From a virus, in the IMG/VR virus record IMGVR_UViG_3300047481_001036: a stretch of 64,000 nucleotides of DNA; one strand, 5' to 3'. The notes below the pieces were generated by a model. It ran no database searches, was not told where the DNA came from, and saw nothing but the letters and a program-made list of their open reading frames with translations. Made by a program: the position numbers and the translations under genes. Of the stretch, positions 1 through 11,938 are shown in pieces. Position 1 is the first letter of the stretch. The number at the start of each line of letters is the position of its first letter.

Positions 1-182
1 TTTTTTGTTTCCTCAAATACCCCCGTTTATACCTCTCATCAATCTTAGCCTAACGCCGAATCAGGGAAATAATAGCTAATAGTTTCTATTTTCTATTAAA
101 AGTATTCAATTTTTACTTATTGATTATGCCCGTGGTGAAAAACGCATTAAAGATGGCTATTAGGAATGGCCGATAATCCAGT

Positions 183-211
183 TTGACAACCATCAGTTTC
201 TATGGTATGCT
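183..211 (+). promoter_or_regulatory. sigma70-type promoter
   Basis: TTGACA-17nt-TATGCT with extended -10 TG, upstream of the small-ORF array. Confidence 0.7.
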
Positions 212-1336
212 GGATACTACTGGTAATGGTAGTTTTACTAATAGGTATAGGAAAAAATGTATAAAAATGTATTATTGACCGATAAAGAAATTGCTCTACT
301 CAAGCGTGTTGTAGGCGATTATTTGCATGAAAAACTTACTCCAGAACGTAATAATTTGACCATTATTCTTAACCGTTTGCGTGGTATTAAACCCACTAAA
401 AGTTATAATCAAAGTATAGATTAGGGAAATGAACCCACAAATGAATACCAAATCAGATTCTAATAGTTTCCAGCAATATGCTATCAAAGTGGCCGATTAT
501 ATAGAGATGGAATATGGGGGTTTTGATAGTGATACTGTTATGACCGATGATGAAAAATATACTGTGCGAAATATTCTAACAGCATATCACGAAACTAATG
601 ATAGTATAAATAATGCGGCTAATAGTGTTATGACTTATCTAAGGAAGAATAAAGTTTGGAAGGAGAATAACTAATGGGGAAATTGGTCAAATCTGAAACA
701 ACATCTTTGCCTATCAGTGATGGTCTGGTAATGTATTTGTATGATGCTGGTGATAGTTGTGGAAATTATTCAAGAGTAGATTTTGTTAACTATTCTAACT
801 ATAATGATTTTCTCATGATAATGGATAGGTCTAAATTGAAAGAAGTGGCCGAATTTATTTTGAAATATTTGGATAACGAATGAAATATACTGATCCACCT
901 TATCTTTGTGATTATCTTAATTTCTTTATTGAGAAAAGAACAAAGCCAATCATTAATCAAAAGAGTAAAGAATACGTTGTTGCTTTTCATCCTAGAAATG
1001 GATTTTTTGAGGAACCTCCATTGTCTAGGGAAGATTTGAAAGGGTTGGCCGATTTTATCTATAAGTATTTGGAGAATAACTAATGCAAGTTTATATTGTT
1101 ATAGGCACTAAAGAAAATGTTTATCAAGAGACTGTAGGTGGGGAATTTTTGCCTCATCCAGACAAGCAAATTATACGAGTATTTTCTAGCGGAGAACACG
1201 CTAGGCAGTTTGTGGCTACCTCAAAATTAGCCAAACCAACAAGAAAAGGTTACGGAGATACATCATACTATCGCGGTGGATATTATGATATGGAAATTGA
1301 AAGTCATATTATAGACCAAAATTTGGAGAATAACTA

Positions 1337-1486
1337 ATGGAAATTATTATTGACGAGAATATAAAAAGCGAAATTCAAGAGTTTCTTGTTAAGTGGAAAA
1401 ATACTACCGAAAAAGATATTGATCTATGGGATTTCTAATGGGGCGCTCTTGAACTTTTGGAACAGACTATCAAGGAGAATAAATAA
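1337..1486 (+). pseudogene. small ORF with in-frame TAA at 1436-1438
   Basis: MEIIIDE...LWDF*WGALELLEQTIKENK*; frame continues to the usual GGAGAATAAATAATG junction. Confidence 0.5.
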
Positions 1487-2049
1487 TGAAAATTGACCTT
1501 AAAAAAGATGATATTTTTCTCTTGATTGACTCTTTGTATAGTTACCAATTAGATATTGAACATGGAAATGATAATGGGTTTGAATACTCTTGGACTGAAG
1601 ATCAAGTAATGAATTTAGTAGATAGATTAACTACATTTGTAGAGACTAAATCATGAGCAATTATTATTGTATAGATTGTGACGGCGATAATATTGGATGG
1701 GATGCTTGGGTAGATGAAAACGGCGAATTATTGGCTGGCCCATTTGATACTTGTCAATGTATGGATTGTGGCTCTGATAGCATAGAACAAAAGGGAGAAT
1801 AATTAATGAAAAAGAAAAAAGTTACTAAAAAGCAAAAACCAATTGGGCGTAAACAAAAGATTGATGTTGTAATAGAATCATTGGTTCATCTTGAGCAAAG
1901 AGTAAAAGAACTAATAGATAGAGTAGAAAGTTTACATACGCAAGTATATTATCACCCAGAAAAAGCTGTGCCAAAAAAAATATTGGCCTAATGATTTTTA
2001 CCGTTATCATGGACTTACTAACAAAATGACCTTTTGCTAAAGAACAGTC

Positions 2050-2077
2050 TTGACAAACCCCGATACTGTGATATAGT
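2050..2077 (+). promoter_or_regulatory. sigma70-type promoter with CCGATA spacer motif
   Basis: TTGACA-aaccCCGATActgtga-TATAGT. Confidence 0.8.
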
Positions 2078-2115
2078 GTTGGCGTGGACTTCAACCATTC
2101 TGGAGACTAAATAAA

Positions 2116-2583
2116 ATGGGTATGGGTAGTTTTGCGGTTAACAGTTTTGTTATTGGATATGATGATCTTAAAAAGATTGTTCCAGACGAAATATCGGCCA
2201 TTGAGAATGAAAAATTCTTTAAAGAGATTGGGTGGGCAACTATTAGTCAGTGGTTGAGTTGGGATGACTTATCTGTTGTTGAGGATGCTATATTAGATTA
2301 TTGTTTTGATGAAGAAAAAGACGATGACCATAACCAAAAGATAGCAGAAGAAGTCTCTCAAGTTTATGATAAGCATATCTCAGAGTTGAAGAATGTTTTT
2401 AATCAGAAAACCGGCCTAACTCTGTATTTCGACCATTATGATGAAGATAGTGGAGATAGGTATGATAATCCTAATGATAAGGACGGTTGCATATTCTGTG
2501 TGGATGGTATGGTGCAACTAACTCCTGCGGGCGAAAAGTATAAGGACATTATAACTGAACGACGATGGACGCAGTACGGATAA
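2116..2583 (+). CDS. hypothetical acidic protein
   Basis: 155-aa ORF, GGAG RBS, directly after a promoter. Confidence 0.8.
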   Translation: MGMGSFAVNSFVIGYDDLKKIVPDEISAIENEKFFKEIGWATISQWLSWDDLSVVEDAILDYCFDEEKDDDHNQKIAEEVSQVYDKHISELKNVFNQKTGLTLYFDHYDEDSGDRYDNPNDKDGCIFCVDGMVQLTPAGEKYKDIITERRWTQYG

Positions 2584-2587
2584 AATA

Positions 2588-2761
2588 TTGATTATAATGA
2601 GTCGCATGGGACTTTCCATGATGATAAGACGTATTCTTACCTACGGGAGACTAAACCAGACCGAATCGTGAAATAATAGTTCCAAATATCCTATTATTAT
2701 AGCGGCCCTCTTTTAGTGGAATAAATTGTAGGGACGGGTGCAGTTGGTACATTATAGTCGA
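2588..2761 (+). ncRNA. candidate structured RNA with kissing-loop potential
   Basis: Intergenic; 12-bp closing stem 2588-2599/2750-2761; internal hairpins whose loops carry complementary TTCCA and TGGAA. Confidence 0.5.
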
Positions 2762-3956
2762 TTTTATAAGGAAACAGAATGAATATCTCAATTGAACAAC
2801 TCAAAAACCTAATAATGAAATATGATTACGATCATGGAGAATATCCAGAGAGTGATTATGAGGGGCTTAGTGTTTATGAATTTATATGTCATGAATTAGG
2901 CATTAAATCTGATTTTGAGTACGATCATTTTAATAAAAAATATGCTAAGTTGTTAAAAGAAACTTTTAAGGAAAATAATAATGAGTCCACAACTTAGACA
3001 AAATATTCAAAAATTTTTAGTCGATTGTGATAATCCTACTAATGAAATTAGCCGTGAGGCTTATCTTTATAATAGCCTACAAACAGCCTTAAATTTTTTG
3101 AGGATGGCTATTATTGATTATTATAAGATTGAATCTGACGAAAATGATCTACAATCTGCTACTAAAACTTGGATAGAAGCAGTCCAAAAATATTATGAGA
3201 ATGAGCCAAATCGTAAAAAACTGACCCAAATATTCATGAGAGGATATTTTTCGGGTTGGAGTGAAAGGGAAGTGGCTACCCTAGCGGACAAATTATTTAA
3301 GAACAATCAAGATTATCCATTGAGATAAAAATGCAGAGCAGTAAATCTAATACTAATAAAAGTTCGTTTAGAAGCGATGCTCTAAATATTCATTTCTTTC
3401 ATCAAGGAATGATGTATAATGATAAATATGGTATAATGTTTGGTCCAACTAAAGGTCATGCTAATCCTCCTATTTCTAGAGCAGAACTTAAATCTTTAGC
3501 TGATTTTATATATCAGTATTTGGAAAATCACTAATGAATAACTTGTCTACTTATAATATTCTTTGTGTTAGTTTCTATTTTAGTATCTTATTGGGAACAC
3601 TAATGAATTTTATGGAAAAACCAGAATATAGTTTTCCTCCTAATATGGGGTGGATAGTTATGCTGGGTCTATTGACTATCTTAAATAAGGATAATAAATG
3701 AATGAACTTTATGATTATCTACAAACTCTAATAGGCACAAAAAATTGTCCTATTATTTCTATTCATCCTGTTTTTGGAACAACGGAAAACTATTTTGAAT
3801 TAACTATGAAAAATGGCGAGAATATAAGGGTATCAGAAAGTAAAATTTGTATAACTAAAGACTGGAGATATGCTAGACCGATGGTTGGTCTTGACGAAAT
3901 GGGCCTACCAATTTTTATAAACAGTTGGGATGACAAAGTAAAAAGGAGTCTAAATA

Positions 3957-4211
3957 ATGAGTAAAACATATAAACTTGCATATATGATTGTGCCACTTTT
4001 GGCTATGGGATGCCAACCAGATGTTTCCCAACTTAAACAATATAAAGTTACTATCACGAATTCTAATGGTATGATTCATAAAGAAAAGACTATTTATAGT
4101 ACTAGTGTTCCAACTGTACATTTTATTGGAGATACTTTAATGTATTTTGATTGGCATGACAATAATTGGAGACAAAATAGATTGCCGGTTGGATGGTTAG
4201 CAGAAATATAG
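3957..4211 (+). CDS. putative lipoprotein
   Basis: Hydrophobic N-terminus ending in lipobox-like LAMG-C. Confidence 0.5.
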   Translation: MSKTYKLAYMIVPLLAMGCQPDVSQLKQYKVTITNSNGMIHKEKTIYSTSVPTVHFIGDTLMYFDWHDNNWRQNRLPVGWLAEI

Positions 4212-4410
4212 CCTATAGTTGAACAAGAATAACTTATGGAGAATAAATAGTGAGTCCTCATCCTTTAGATACTGTTACGGTGTTTATCAATGATGCAGAA
4301 AAATATGGTCTTGTGCCAGAGGTTATTTTGTCTGCTCTTTTATATATGAAAAATAATCCAGATCGTGAAATTGAAGATGCGATAAGTTATGGTTTTTATG
4401 AGTGGATAAA

Positions 4411-4728
4411 ATGAAGCTATACATAGCAGTATTGGATGAATTTCCAGATTACATGACTCCAACTTTAGTAGCCCATGCTGTATTGGGGGCTCATTTAAAG
4501 TTTCAAGACAATGTAGACTATCAGAATTGGTTAATTAATTCTTTCAAAAAATGTGTTGTTCGTGTTAATAAAAAAGAATTTGAAAAAATATGCGAATTAC
4601 CAGAAGTTTATCTGGCTCATGAAAATCATACATTAAATGCTCAAAAATCTTGTGCAATTCCTGTGCCATGCGAAAACGTACTTTTGCCAAATGTATTAAA
4701 ATACGCTAAATTATGGAAGCCTATATGA
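4411..4728 (+). CDS. peptidyl-tRNA hydrolase type 2 (PTH2)-like protein
   Basis: KLYIAV...LVAHA...W...FKKCVVRV pattern and ~105 aa size typical of the PTH2 fold. Confidence 0.6.
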   Translation: MKLYIAVLDEFPDYMTPTLVAHAVLGAHLKFQDNVDYQNWLINSFKKCVVRVNKKEFEKICELPEVYLAHENHTLNAQKSCAIPVPCENVLLPNVLKYAKLWKPI

Positions 4729-5029
4729 CAAAAATATATAGTATTAGATTCAATGAATATTTTATGCAAAAACAATACGAGTCTTTAATAAAAAATGGTT
4801 ATCATTGGAAACAAGCCGAAAAAATAATTATAAAACAATGGAGAGAACATGGTTATTGAAATAAGTCATCATTGGCAGTCAGATAAATATTTGTGGACTT
4901 TGTACGATGGGCCGGATGGTATTGACAAAAGAGTAGGACAGTGCGATACTCTAGGAGAAGTTTTTGAAAAAGTGCTGGAAGCCAGATTGATTATAAAACA
5001 GTCTTATAAGTAAAATTACTACTAATTTA

Positions 5030-5629
5030 GTGGAGCAAAAATTGAGTTCTATAATAACTATCGATCCCAAACAAATCACAAATTATCACAGAACTGATAA
5101 TGAACTTCAAGCCTTTTGGCTGTTTTGTATTTTGGTTGCTGGAAAAAATTCAGATACTACAAGTAGAGTTATATCTAATATTATTAATGATCTTGAACCT
5201 TGGGATAGTCTATTCGACGGCATACAACGAATAGGATATGAAGGTCTGAGAGATATTCTACATAAAAATAGAACTGGTCAATATGATCGTATTTCTAGGG
5301 CTATTTGGCAAAGTATTAATTTAGATCTGAAAACTTGTAGTGTAGAAGATTTGGTAAAAATTCATGGAGTTGGGCCAAAAACTGCAAGATTTTTCTTATT
5401 GCATAGTAGAGAATTTTGTGATGAAATAGTATTGGATACTCATATTCTGAACTGGCTAAGAACCAGATGTAATATGATAGATGCACCACAGAATACTCCA
5501 CAAAACCCTAAACAATATCAAGAGTGGGCTATTATTTGTAAACAGTTTATGGAACAATATTATCCGGGTCTTACTTTGTCTAAAATAGATCTATTAATCT
5601 GGACTGAAATGAGTGGTAGATTGGATTAA
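5030..5629 (+). CDS. HhH-GPD DNA N-glycosylase/AP lyase (OGG-like)
   Basis: HhH motif LVKIHGVGPKTARFFL followed by VLDTHIL. Confidence 0.8.
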   Translation: MEQKLSSIITIDPKQITNYHRTDNELQAFWLFCILVAGKNSDTTSRVISNIINDLEPWDSLFDGIQRIGYEGLRDILHKNRTGQYDRISRAIWQSINLDLKTCSVEDLVKIHGVGPKTARFFLLHSREFCDEIVLDTHILNWLRTRCNMIDAPQNTPQNPKQYQEWAIICKQFMEQYYPGLTLSKIDLLIWTEMSGRLD

Positions 5630-5631
5630 AT

Positions 5632-6003
5632 ATGAATGGTATAAACATTCAAGGCCCGTGGTCTAGTCTTTTAATAAATGGTCAGAAAACCATCGAAACA
5701 CGATCCTATCCACTACCTAAAAAGTACAGAGATGTTACTTTGGCTCTCATAGAAACTCCCGGCGGTAAAAAATTTAAAAGTAGAATAATAGGAACTATTA
5801 CTTTTAGTGACTCTTTTAAATATGACAATGAAACATCATGGGCATCTGACTATAATAGACATTATGTTAGACCAGATGATATTTACGGTTGGAACGATAA
5901 ACCTAAGTATGGATGGATTGTAAAACAAATTGTAAAATTTGATAAGCCGGTTGAGCCGCCCAAGAAAAGAGGAATTGTTTTTTCAAAAGATTGTATAGTA
6001 TGA
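5632..6003 (+). CDS. ASCH domain protein
   Basis: IQGPWSSLLINGQKTIETRS signature. Confidence 0.85.
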   Translation: MNGINIQGPWSSLLINGQKTIETRSYPLPKKYRDVTLALIETPGGKKFKSRIIGTITFSDSFKYDNETSWASDYNRHYVRPDDIYGWNDKPKYGWIVKQIVKFDKPVEPPKKRGIVFSKDCIV

Positions 6004-7551
6004 ATGATTTAGATAAAAAAGACTTGCTAGAACTAGCGAATATAATTAAAACTTCTGCCCATACTATTGGTGCAGTAAAGATCAAAGATGATAGGATTAG
6101 TAGCGATAGTTATATAACTATTGTTGATGCTCTGAATGAAATTAAAGGCTGTGTGGATACTATTATTGAGATTGTAGAGAACAAACCTCATAAGATTGAA
6201 AGAATGTTTTAATGGAAGTAAATATAAAACAAGAACTAAAAAATCTAGATAGAACTAATTTATGTGATGTTAACGATCTGGTTCAAAAAATAATAGCTGA
6301 TCTTATAGATATTCTTATTACTACTGATAGTGAAGTAATGTTTGGAGCAGCCTCGGATTATATGATTGATCTAATTAATCCAGACCTTTTGGATTTTGAT
6401 TCAAGAGAAGATTGATAAACGCCGATACTATGGTATAAAGTGTCAGAGTTGACATTTTAGATAGTATCTGTGACGATAAGTGACATTTTTGGCACATTGG
6501 AGACATACAATGAATTTTTTTATTGAAAAACACGATATGAGTATTATTATTGATGCTCTAGAATTTATGCAAGAAACTATGAGGCAAAGAGAGTTATTTG
6601 GCCTTCCTAGTATCTGGCCCTATTCTAAGGAGGACATTGATATTTTGTCCCAAAGTTTTGATACTTCACTTGTGGAGAATACTAAATGAGTAAATTTATA
6701 AAATCTTTTGTTTTTGCTATTGTCTTGATTGGTTGTAGCACCTATAGTATTATTACTCCAAAAACTGCTTTTGCTATTAGTGATGAAGAAATCAATAAGA
6801 TTTTGAAGGCTAAAGAAATTGTTAGAGGTATGGTGAACTATCCAGATACTTTGGTGTTTCATGAATTTTATACTAAAGTCAGAGGAGATATTGTTACTCT
6901 TAAATTCACTTGCAAAAATGGTTTCGGTGTTGCTGAAACTCATGTTATGGATATAAATACTCGTAAATGATACAATCTCATATATATACTGTAGATAATG
7001 GTCAAAATTATACTATAGATTTTTTACGCACAAAAGACCAAATCAATTTTGAACATCACAAAAAAGTTCAGTTTTTATCTTATGACGATCTCTTAAAACT
7101 AAGAGATAATATTGAAAAAATAGTCATACATTTGACTTATGATAAACGATAGCATAAAGTTTAGAGTTGTACAAAATCCCATTAGTAAAAATATAACCCT
7201 TGAAATATATAGACCATATGGTATTGATAATGACTGGATGAGAGTTGATTCATTTAATGAAATGACGGTGCAAGAATTAAAATATCTTACAGAATATTTG
7301 ATCAAACTATTTAAAACCAAATCAAGTAATTAATAATGTTAAAATCAATCATAGAATTTTTCTATACGCCTATATTTACTCAATCTTCTAATATATTTTA
7401 TATAGGAAGAAAAAAAATTCCTATCGCTGTCAGAAAAACCCAGCAAGGCTATACAATTAAATTAGGGTCAGGATTTGCTAGTTATACGTTAGATACAACA
7501 TCTCAAGAACTATCTGCTCTTGCAAACTTTATTAATAGTAATTTGAAATAG
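6000..7551 (+). other. small hypothetical ORFs (6000-6212, 6212-6415, 6510-6689, 6686-6970, 6967-7152, 7139-7333, 7336-7551)
   Basis: Co-oriented overlapping ORFs. Confidence 0.75.
6412..6439 (+). promoter_or_regulatory. sigma70-type promoter with CCGATA spacer motif
   Basis: TTGATA-aacgCCGATActatgg-TATAAA. Confidence 0.65.
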
Positions 7552-7558
7552 TTCTCTA

Positions 7559-7586
7559 TTGACAACAAGTGATAGTGTGGTATAGT
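7559..7586 (+). promoter_or_regulatory. sigma70-type promoter
   Basis: TTGACA-16nt-TATAGT with TG extension. Confidence 0.75.
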
Positions 7587-7608
7587 CCAGATATACAGAG
7601 CGAAAACA

Positions 7609-8058
7609 ATGAAACAAACTATATCTTATTCTTGGTCAAAATTTGATAATGATATTATTTTTCTTTATCAGAAAATTCTATCACAACATTGGATACCGGA
7701 TTATATAGTGGGTGTTAAACGAGGAGGTCTTGTTCCTGCTATTAAGCTTAGTCACCTATTATCAAAACCAATGATTATGATGAGTTATCAACTCAGAGAC
7801 AGTATTGATAACTCTATTAGACTATTAGAAGCACAAACTTTGCCTAAAGATAAAAATGTACTAATAGTAGATGATATATGTGATAGCGGTGAAACTATTA
7901 CAGATATAATTCAAAAATTCATAGAAGAAGGATTTAATTCGGTAAAAACTTGTGCATTATATTTTAATGATAAACAATCATTTAATATAGATTTTTTTGC
8001 AAATATAATTGATAGAAATACAAATGCTCAATGGATTATTTTTCCGTGGGAACAGTAA
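7609..8058 (+). CDS. type I phosphoribosyltransferase (xanthine/hypoxanthine-guanine PRT-like)
   Basis: VGVKRGGL, PRPP loop VLIVDDICDSGET, C-terminal WIIFPWE. Confidence 0.9.
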   Translation: MKQTISYSWSKFDNDIIFLYQKILSQHWIPDYIVGVKRGGLVPAIKLSHLLSKPMIMMSYQLRDSIDNSIRLLEAQTLPKDKNVLIVDDICDSGETITDIIQKFIEEGFNSVKTCALYFNDKQSFNIDFFANIIDRNTNAQWIIFPWEQ

Positions 8059-8070
8059 TTTGTACATTTA

Positions 8071-11000
8071 ATGTTTGAAAACCTTGATAGAGGAGTAATT
8101 ATGAATAATGTCTCATTGGACTATAAATCCGCTGCTATGGAGTGTGCTAGATATATATTTGATAGCGATTGTGAACAAGTATCATATCAAGAATATATTC
8201 AAGATGGTAATGACCCCAGAGAGCATATCCTCTATTGTGCCGCTATAGTTTTGGGTGAAACAGAAGATTTTCAAATTGATATTAAAGAATACCTTAAAGG
8301 AGAATAATGATGAATTCTATTCAAGAATTGCGTAAAGCAGGGTATAAGGTTAGGGTATTGCATTTTCGGGACAGAATAATTAAAAATAGGATGGATACCA
8401 GTGTCAATGGATACGAGTCGCCTAAAGGTGGATTTACTAAAATAGTAATAGACAGTCCAGATGGTAAGCACTATGAAGGAGAAGCATGGTGTAGTCCTAA
8501 AGATAATTATAGTAAAAAGCTGGGTGTAAGGATCGCACTAGGAAGATGTGGAGTATGTAATGAATCAGTTACTACAAAATAAATTGTATGAAAAATACCC
8601 TAAACTTTTTGAAAATAGATATAAAACCATGCAAGAAAGTTGTATGTATTGGGGAGTGTCTACGGGTGATGGCTGGTTTCATATTATAGATGTATTATGT
8701 AATGGTATTCTTAATCATGAAACATATATTATGAATCCTAAATGGCCTAGATATAATCCAAATTATATTCCGGTAACATTTGATCAAATTAAAGAAAAGT
8801 TTGGAGGACTAAGCGTTTATTACTCTGGTGGCGACGAATATGTAAAAGGTCTTGTTGCTATAGCACAACATATTAGTTATTATACTTGTGAAGTTTGTGG
8901 AGATAAAGGTTCAACCAATAAAACAGGCTGGATTTCAACTCTATGTGATAAGCATAGACAAGATAGGGTAAGCAAATGATTTTTCGCTCTAGATACAATT
9001 ACTGGTGCTGCTCTAAAATAGCAGATTTTATTAGGGGTACTCCGAAACCATTTGCTTTAGAATGGGGAGAATGGGAAAATTGGCACAAAGAGGCTAAGTC
9101 CAAACATCCTTATAGATATTGGCTAGCAGAAACAGGATTAAAGAATCTACAGAACATAGTCATGTTCCCCAGCGACCTGTATCATAGTATTGAAACCTAT
9201 ATTCATAATAGGTGGATAAGCAAAACACATTTTCTGAATACTGGACTAGAGCCCGGTCATTATTATGAGTTTGATTATAGAGTCCTACATGGTTTATTTA
9301 ATGAATTAGTGGATTATGTGGAAATGGAATTGGCTCATGTTAGTAAATATAGTAAAGAAAAGAAATATAAATTCAAAAATGGTCGATGTGTAGAAGCCGC
9401 GATGGATTATTTTGATTGGGCCTGTTCTTTGGTATATAATGAAGAATATGGAATATCTAAAGACGATGACCATTATGGACAAATTACTCCACAAGCATTG
9501 TCAGCCAGAAAAGTTAAAGAACTATATTTATGGTGGAAAGAAACAAGACCCAATAGAATCGAACCATATGATGCTGTAAATATGCAGAGATTTCAAGGTA
9601 ATGAATTTTCTAGTAAAAAGTCTAAAGAAGAGATAAGAGCGATGCATAAAATGACTAAACTAGAAGAACAATATGATAAAGAAGATACTAACAAACTTAT
9701 TGAACTAATTAAGATCAGAAAGGAAATTTGGACATGAAAGCTATTCTAGAATATAATTTACCTGATGATCAACACGAATATGAAGTGGCTATTCAGGCCC
9801 AAAAAATGCAATCTTTTATTTGGGATTTTAGTCAGCAACTTCGTTCATGGTATAAATATCATCATGAATTTAAAGATGCCGACGATGCATTAGATAAAAT
9901 ACGAGAAGAATTTTATAAACTTATTAATGAACACCAAATAAATATTGATCTATGACTAATAATAAACAATATTCTAGTTCACCAGAACGAGGTTCTTTTT
10001 ACCGTGGAATATGGAAAAAGCAATTAGTAGAGGGTAAGACCACACAAGAATTATATGATCAAATGATGAATATTCTTGATAAAGAAAAGGAAAGAGAAGG
10101 CGAAGAAGATAAGAGTTTTAATCTAGAATATGATTTGCGTTCTAATCCAGAAATTTTAAATAAAGCCAGAAATAGTGACACTTATAGTCAGAATTTATAC
10201 GCAGCCCTTTGTAATAATAGATTTTTTTATGGAGATAAGGAATGGACTTGTTCGTGGAGACACGCTGGCGGTATAATTGCTGATATGTTACAAAAAGGAG
10301 ATTATATAGACTGGTACTGTTCTGGTATTGGTTCAGATTCAGAAAATAGTCTTGGATATGTCGGAGAGAGTTTTGTAACAGAAGAAATCAGACTTGATTT
10401 ACTTAAAATGGGATGGATTGTAAAACCATATGAGAACATATAAAACTGTCAAAAGAAAAGTTGAAGATAAAATTTATTGTGATGTCTGCGTAGAAAATTG
10501 TACCACCGAACAATTAGGCTCAGAATATGCAACTCTTGAGGCTATTTGGGGATATTCGTCCGGTAAAGACGGCAAGAAGTATGATATTCATTTGTGTGAG
10601 AATTGTTTCGATGAAACTATAGAATGGATGACAAAAAAGAGAAAAAGATTTTTGGGCTGTTTTAATTATCCTCATGCCAAAGACCCGTTAAAGGGCGAAG
10701 GTTATGATATACTATGAATAGAAAACAAAAAAGAACCAAAGAAAAAGGAGCCAAAGGAGTAAAAGGTTATCTTTTATATGACCCATTTAAAAAAAATCAT
10801 TTTTTTAGAGTTCATAACAAGAAAGATCCAGCTAAATTTAAAGATTATAAAATAACAGCAGAAGATATAGAAATCAAACTGCTATCTAATTTTAATTGTT
10901 TGGTAGAATTAGAAAATGGAGACAAGATTTTAGATTATAGTTCAGAGGTTTTGGGCTATAAATGAGTGAATACTTTAAAAAAACAATAGAAGTATGTCAA

Positions 11001-11204
11001 GAACTTATTATAGATATTCATTACAATCCTAATATATCTAAAAAACCATACTTATGTAGAGTTTTTGGTTATGATGGCTTAGTAGACGCTCGTTTAGACT
11101 CTAAAGAATTGTTAAGATTAAGTGAGAGTTTAGCCGATTGTTTATTTGACAAACCAGACGTTAAAGACTATAATGACTGTTTTACTGAGAAAGACGAGAA
11201 TTAG
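8071..11204 (+). other. hypothetical phage ORFs (8071-8307, 8307-8582, 8548-8979, 8976-9737, 9728-9955, 9952-10443, 10430-10717, 10714-10965, 10962-11204)
   Basis: Co-oriented coupled ORFs; 8548-8979 has GDGW...QIKEKFGGL and a CxxC motif, a pattern common in phage hypotheticals. Confidence 0.8.
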
Positions 11205-11212
11205 GTAACGCA

Positions 11213-11818
11213 ATGAGTATAACACTTATAGGTGATGTTCATGGTAAGTATGAACGCTACCATAGAATCATTAGAGAAAAAGACAGACATCCATTTACTG
11301 TACAATTAGGTGACTTTGGTTTCAATTATGAAACATTAAAAAACGTCGATCCTAAACATCATGTATTTATAGGAGGTAATCACGACAACTATGATAAGGT
11401 TACGGATGTTCCTAACTATCTTGGTGACTATGGATATATGGTGAACTTTAATAGCATAGATTTTTTCTATTATCGTGGAGCATGGAGTATCGATCAGATA
11501 TACCGTACTATAGGAATAGACTGGTGGGAACAAGAGCAGGTAAAAATTGAAAGCTTTATGAAGGCTAGAGAACTTTATCGTCAAGTTAAACCAGATATTG
11601 TATTAACTCATGATTGTCCAGAAAGTGTTGCCCATTATCTTATACCTCCAAATGGTAGGATATTTCAGCAAAATACTGGTTGGGCATTACAGGAACTATT
11701 CAATATACATCAGCCTAAATATTGGTATTTTGGACATTGGCATAAAAGTTGGTCTATGACTATTAATGGAACACAGTTTAAATGTCTAAATGAACTAGAG
11801 ATTGACACCATAGGATAG
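11213..11818 (+). CDS. calcineurin-like metallophosphoesterase
   Basis: GDVHG, QLGDFG, GNHD, THDCP, FGHWH motifs. Confidence 0.9.
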   Translation: MSITLIGDVHGKYERYHRIIREKDRHPFTVQLGDFGFNYETLKNVDPKHHVFIGGNHDNYDKVTDVPNYLGDYGYMVNFNSIDFFYYRGAWSIDQIYRTIGIDWWEQEQVKIESFMKARELYRQVKPDIVLTHDCPESVAHYLIPPNGRIFQQNTGWALQELFNIHQPKYWYFGHWHKSWSMTINGTQFKCLNELEIDTIG

Positions 11819-11829
11819 TCTGGTATAAT
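11802..11829 (+). promoter_or_regulatory. sigma70-type promoter
   Basis: TTGACA-16nt-TATAAT with TG extension. Confidence 0.8.
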
Positions 11830-11938
11830 GGTATTGTTGATGCCGCAAGGTAGAGATCGCGGGTATTCTCACAATCAACTTCCGTAGACTTTTAGCACGG
11901 TTTTGTGTAAGACTGAAAATCTTGCTTTATTTTATAAT

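Larger units (their letters stand above)
257..4211 (+). other. array of about 20 small hypothetical phage ORFs (e.g. 257-424, 429-674, 674-883, 880-1083, 1083-1337, 1806-1991, 2779-2997, 2981-3328, 3331-3534, 3698-3964)
   Basis: Co-oriented ORFs with GGAG RBS and TAATG/ATGA stop-start overlaps. Confidence 0.8.

Noticed and set aside
661-1810. CRISPR array or integron attC sites
   Set aside because: The repeats are ~15-nt RBS/stop/start junctions separated by whole ORFs and are non-palindromic; no cas or integrase gene is present.
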